From Pelagomonas calceolata (lineage: Eukaryota): a stretch of DNA of 64,000 nucleotides. This document shows positions 63,668-64,000 of this stretch, piece after piece. The DNA lies in the NCBI GenBank assembly GCA_918797485.1, contig CAKKNE010000005.1, positions 4,774,001 through 4,838,000 of the forward strand. Reading direction: 5' to 3'. The translations under genes were made by a program, and so were the position numbers. Under the pieces are notes generated by a model. The model was not told the origin of the DNA. It was given only the letters and a program-made list of their open reading frames with translations, and did not search any database. Position 1 is the first letter of the stretch; each line of letters starts with the position of its first letter.

Positions 63668-63686
63668 CTAGCCTTTGACACACTAG
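63668..63686 (+). promoter_or_regulatory. CTAG-dyad motif copy (degenerate)
   Basis: ctagcctttgacacactag, 146 bp upstream of the pirin ATG. Confidence 0.55.
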
Positions 63687-63831
63687 CTTTCTCAGGCCGG
63701 CCTGAACACCGAGCAGCCTGAACACAAAGAGCGGCCTTGTCTGGAGCAAGAGAGCATTTGCAGAGTACATAGCACTGTCCACCCTGGCCTCTGCTAGCTT
63801 GTACCGCAAGCTCGTTCCGTCAGTTGCTCGC

Positions 63832-64000
63832 ATGCGCACGGCAGCCTTGAGCACAATGAGCACCATCCTGAGTGTCGACCCGCTATCGTTCCCGTTCGCA
63901 ACTGACAGTCCGTTCCTGTTTGGTGTCCACCACGACGACCGCTACCCGAAGGGTAATGCTAAAATGGGTCCGGACGCCAGCCTGCGCGGCCATAGCATCG
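63832..64000 (+). CDS. Pirin family protein, 5' part (runs off the window; absent from the ORF track)
   Basis: MSTILSVDPLSFPFATDSPFLFGVHHDDRYPKGNAKMGPDASLRGHSI; in-frame ATGs at 63832 and 63856. Confidence 0.7.
   Translation, partial: MRTAALSTMSTILSVDPLSFPFATDSPFLFGVHHDDRYPKGNAKMGPDASLRGHSI

Noticed and set aside
1189..63686. CTAG-dyad copies read as CRISPR repeats or attC/REP-like bacterial elements
   Set aside because: The copies are dispersed singly, kilobases apart, with no cas or integrase genes, in a eukaryotic context.

Overview
Gene-dense, very GC- and CpG-rich eukaryotic nuclear DNA, not bacterial. Spliceosomal introns, plastid-type presequences, a nuclear chlH and Introner-like introns point to a pelagophyte alga (Pelagomonas/Aureococcus-like); this is inferred from sequence features only. 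I find about 38 protein-coding genes, mostly in head-to-head and tail-to-tail pairs. Ten short introns (58-208 nt) were reconstructed by frame-joining; at least four look like Introner-type non-autonomous DNA transposons (donor, 8 nt, then terminal inverted repeats CTGTG...CACAG, often with GC donors). The strongest unexplained signal is a bipartite dyad, GCTAGCG-N(2-5)-GTAAGACACTAGC(AAGC), present in about 14 copies, each upstream of a start codon and mostly inside divergent promoters: a candidate general or bidirectional promoter element. Other highlights are a TLC-BtaA-BtaB betaine-lipid synthase fusion, tandem ornithine-cyclodeaminase paralogs with mutually exclusive introns, an intron flanked by a 33-nt exon duplication, a degenerate 420-bp foldback element and a structured non-coding gap after chlH. 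I recognised no rRNA, tRNA or CRISPR array. All domain calls are from motif recognition by eye, not database searches.
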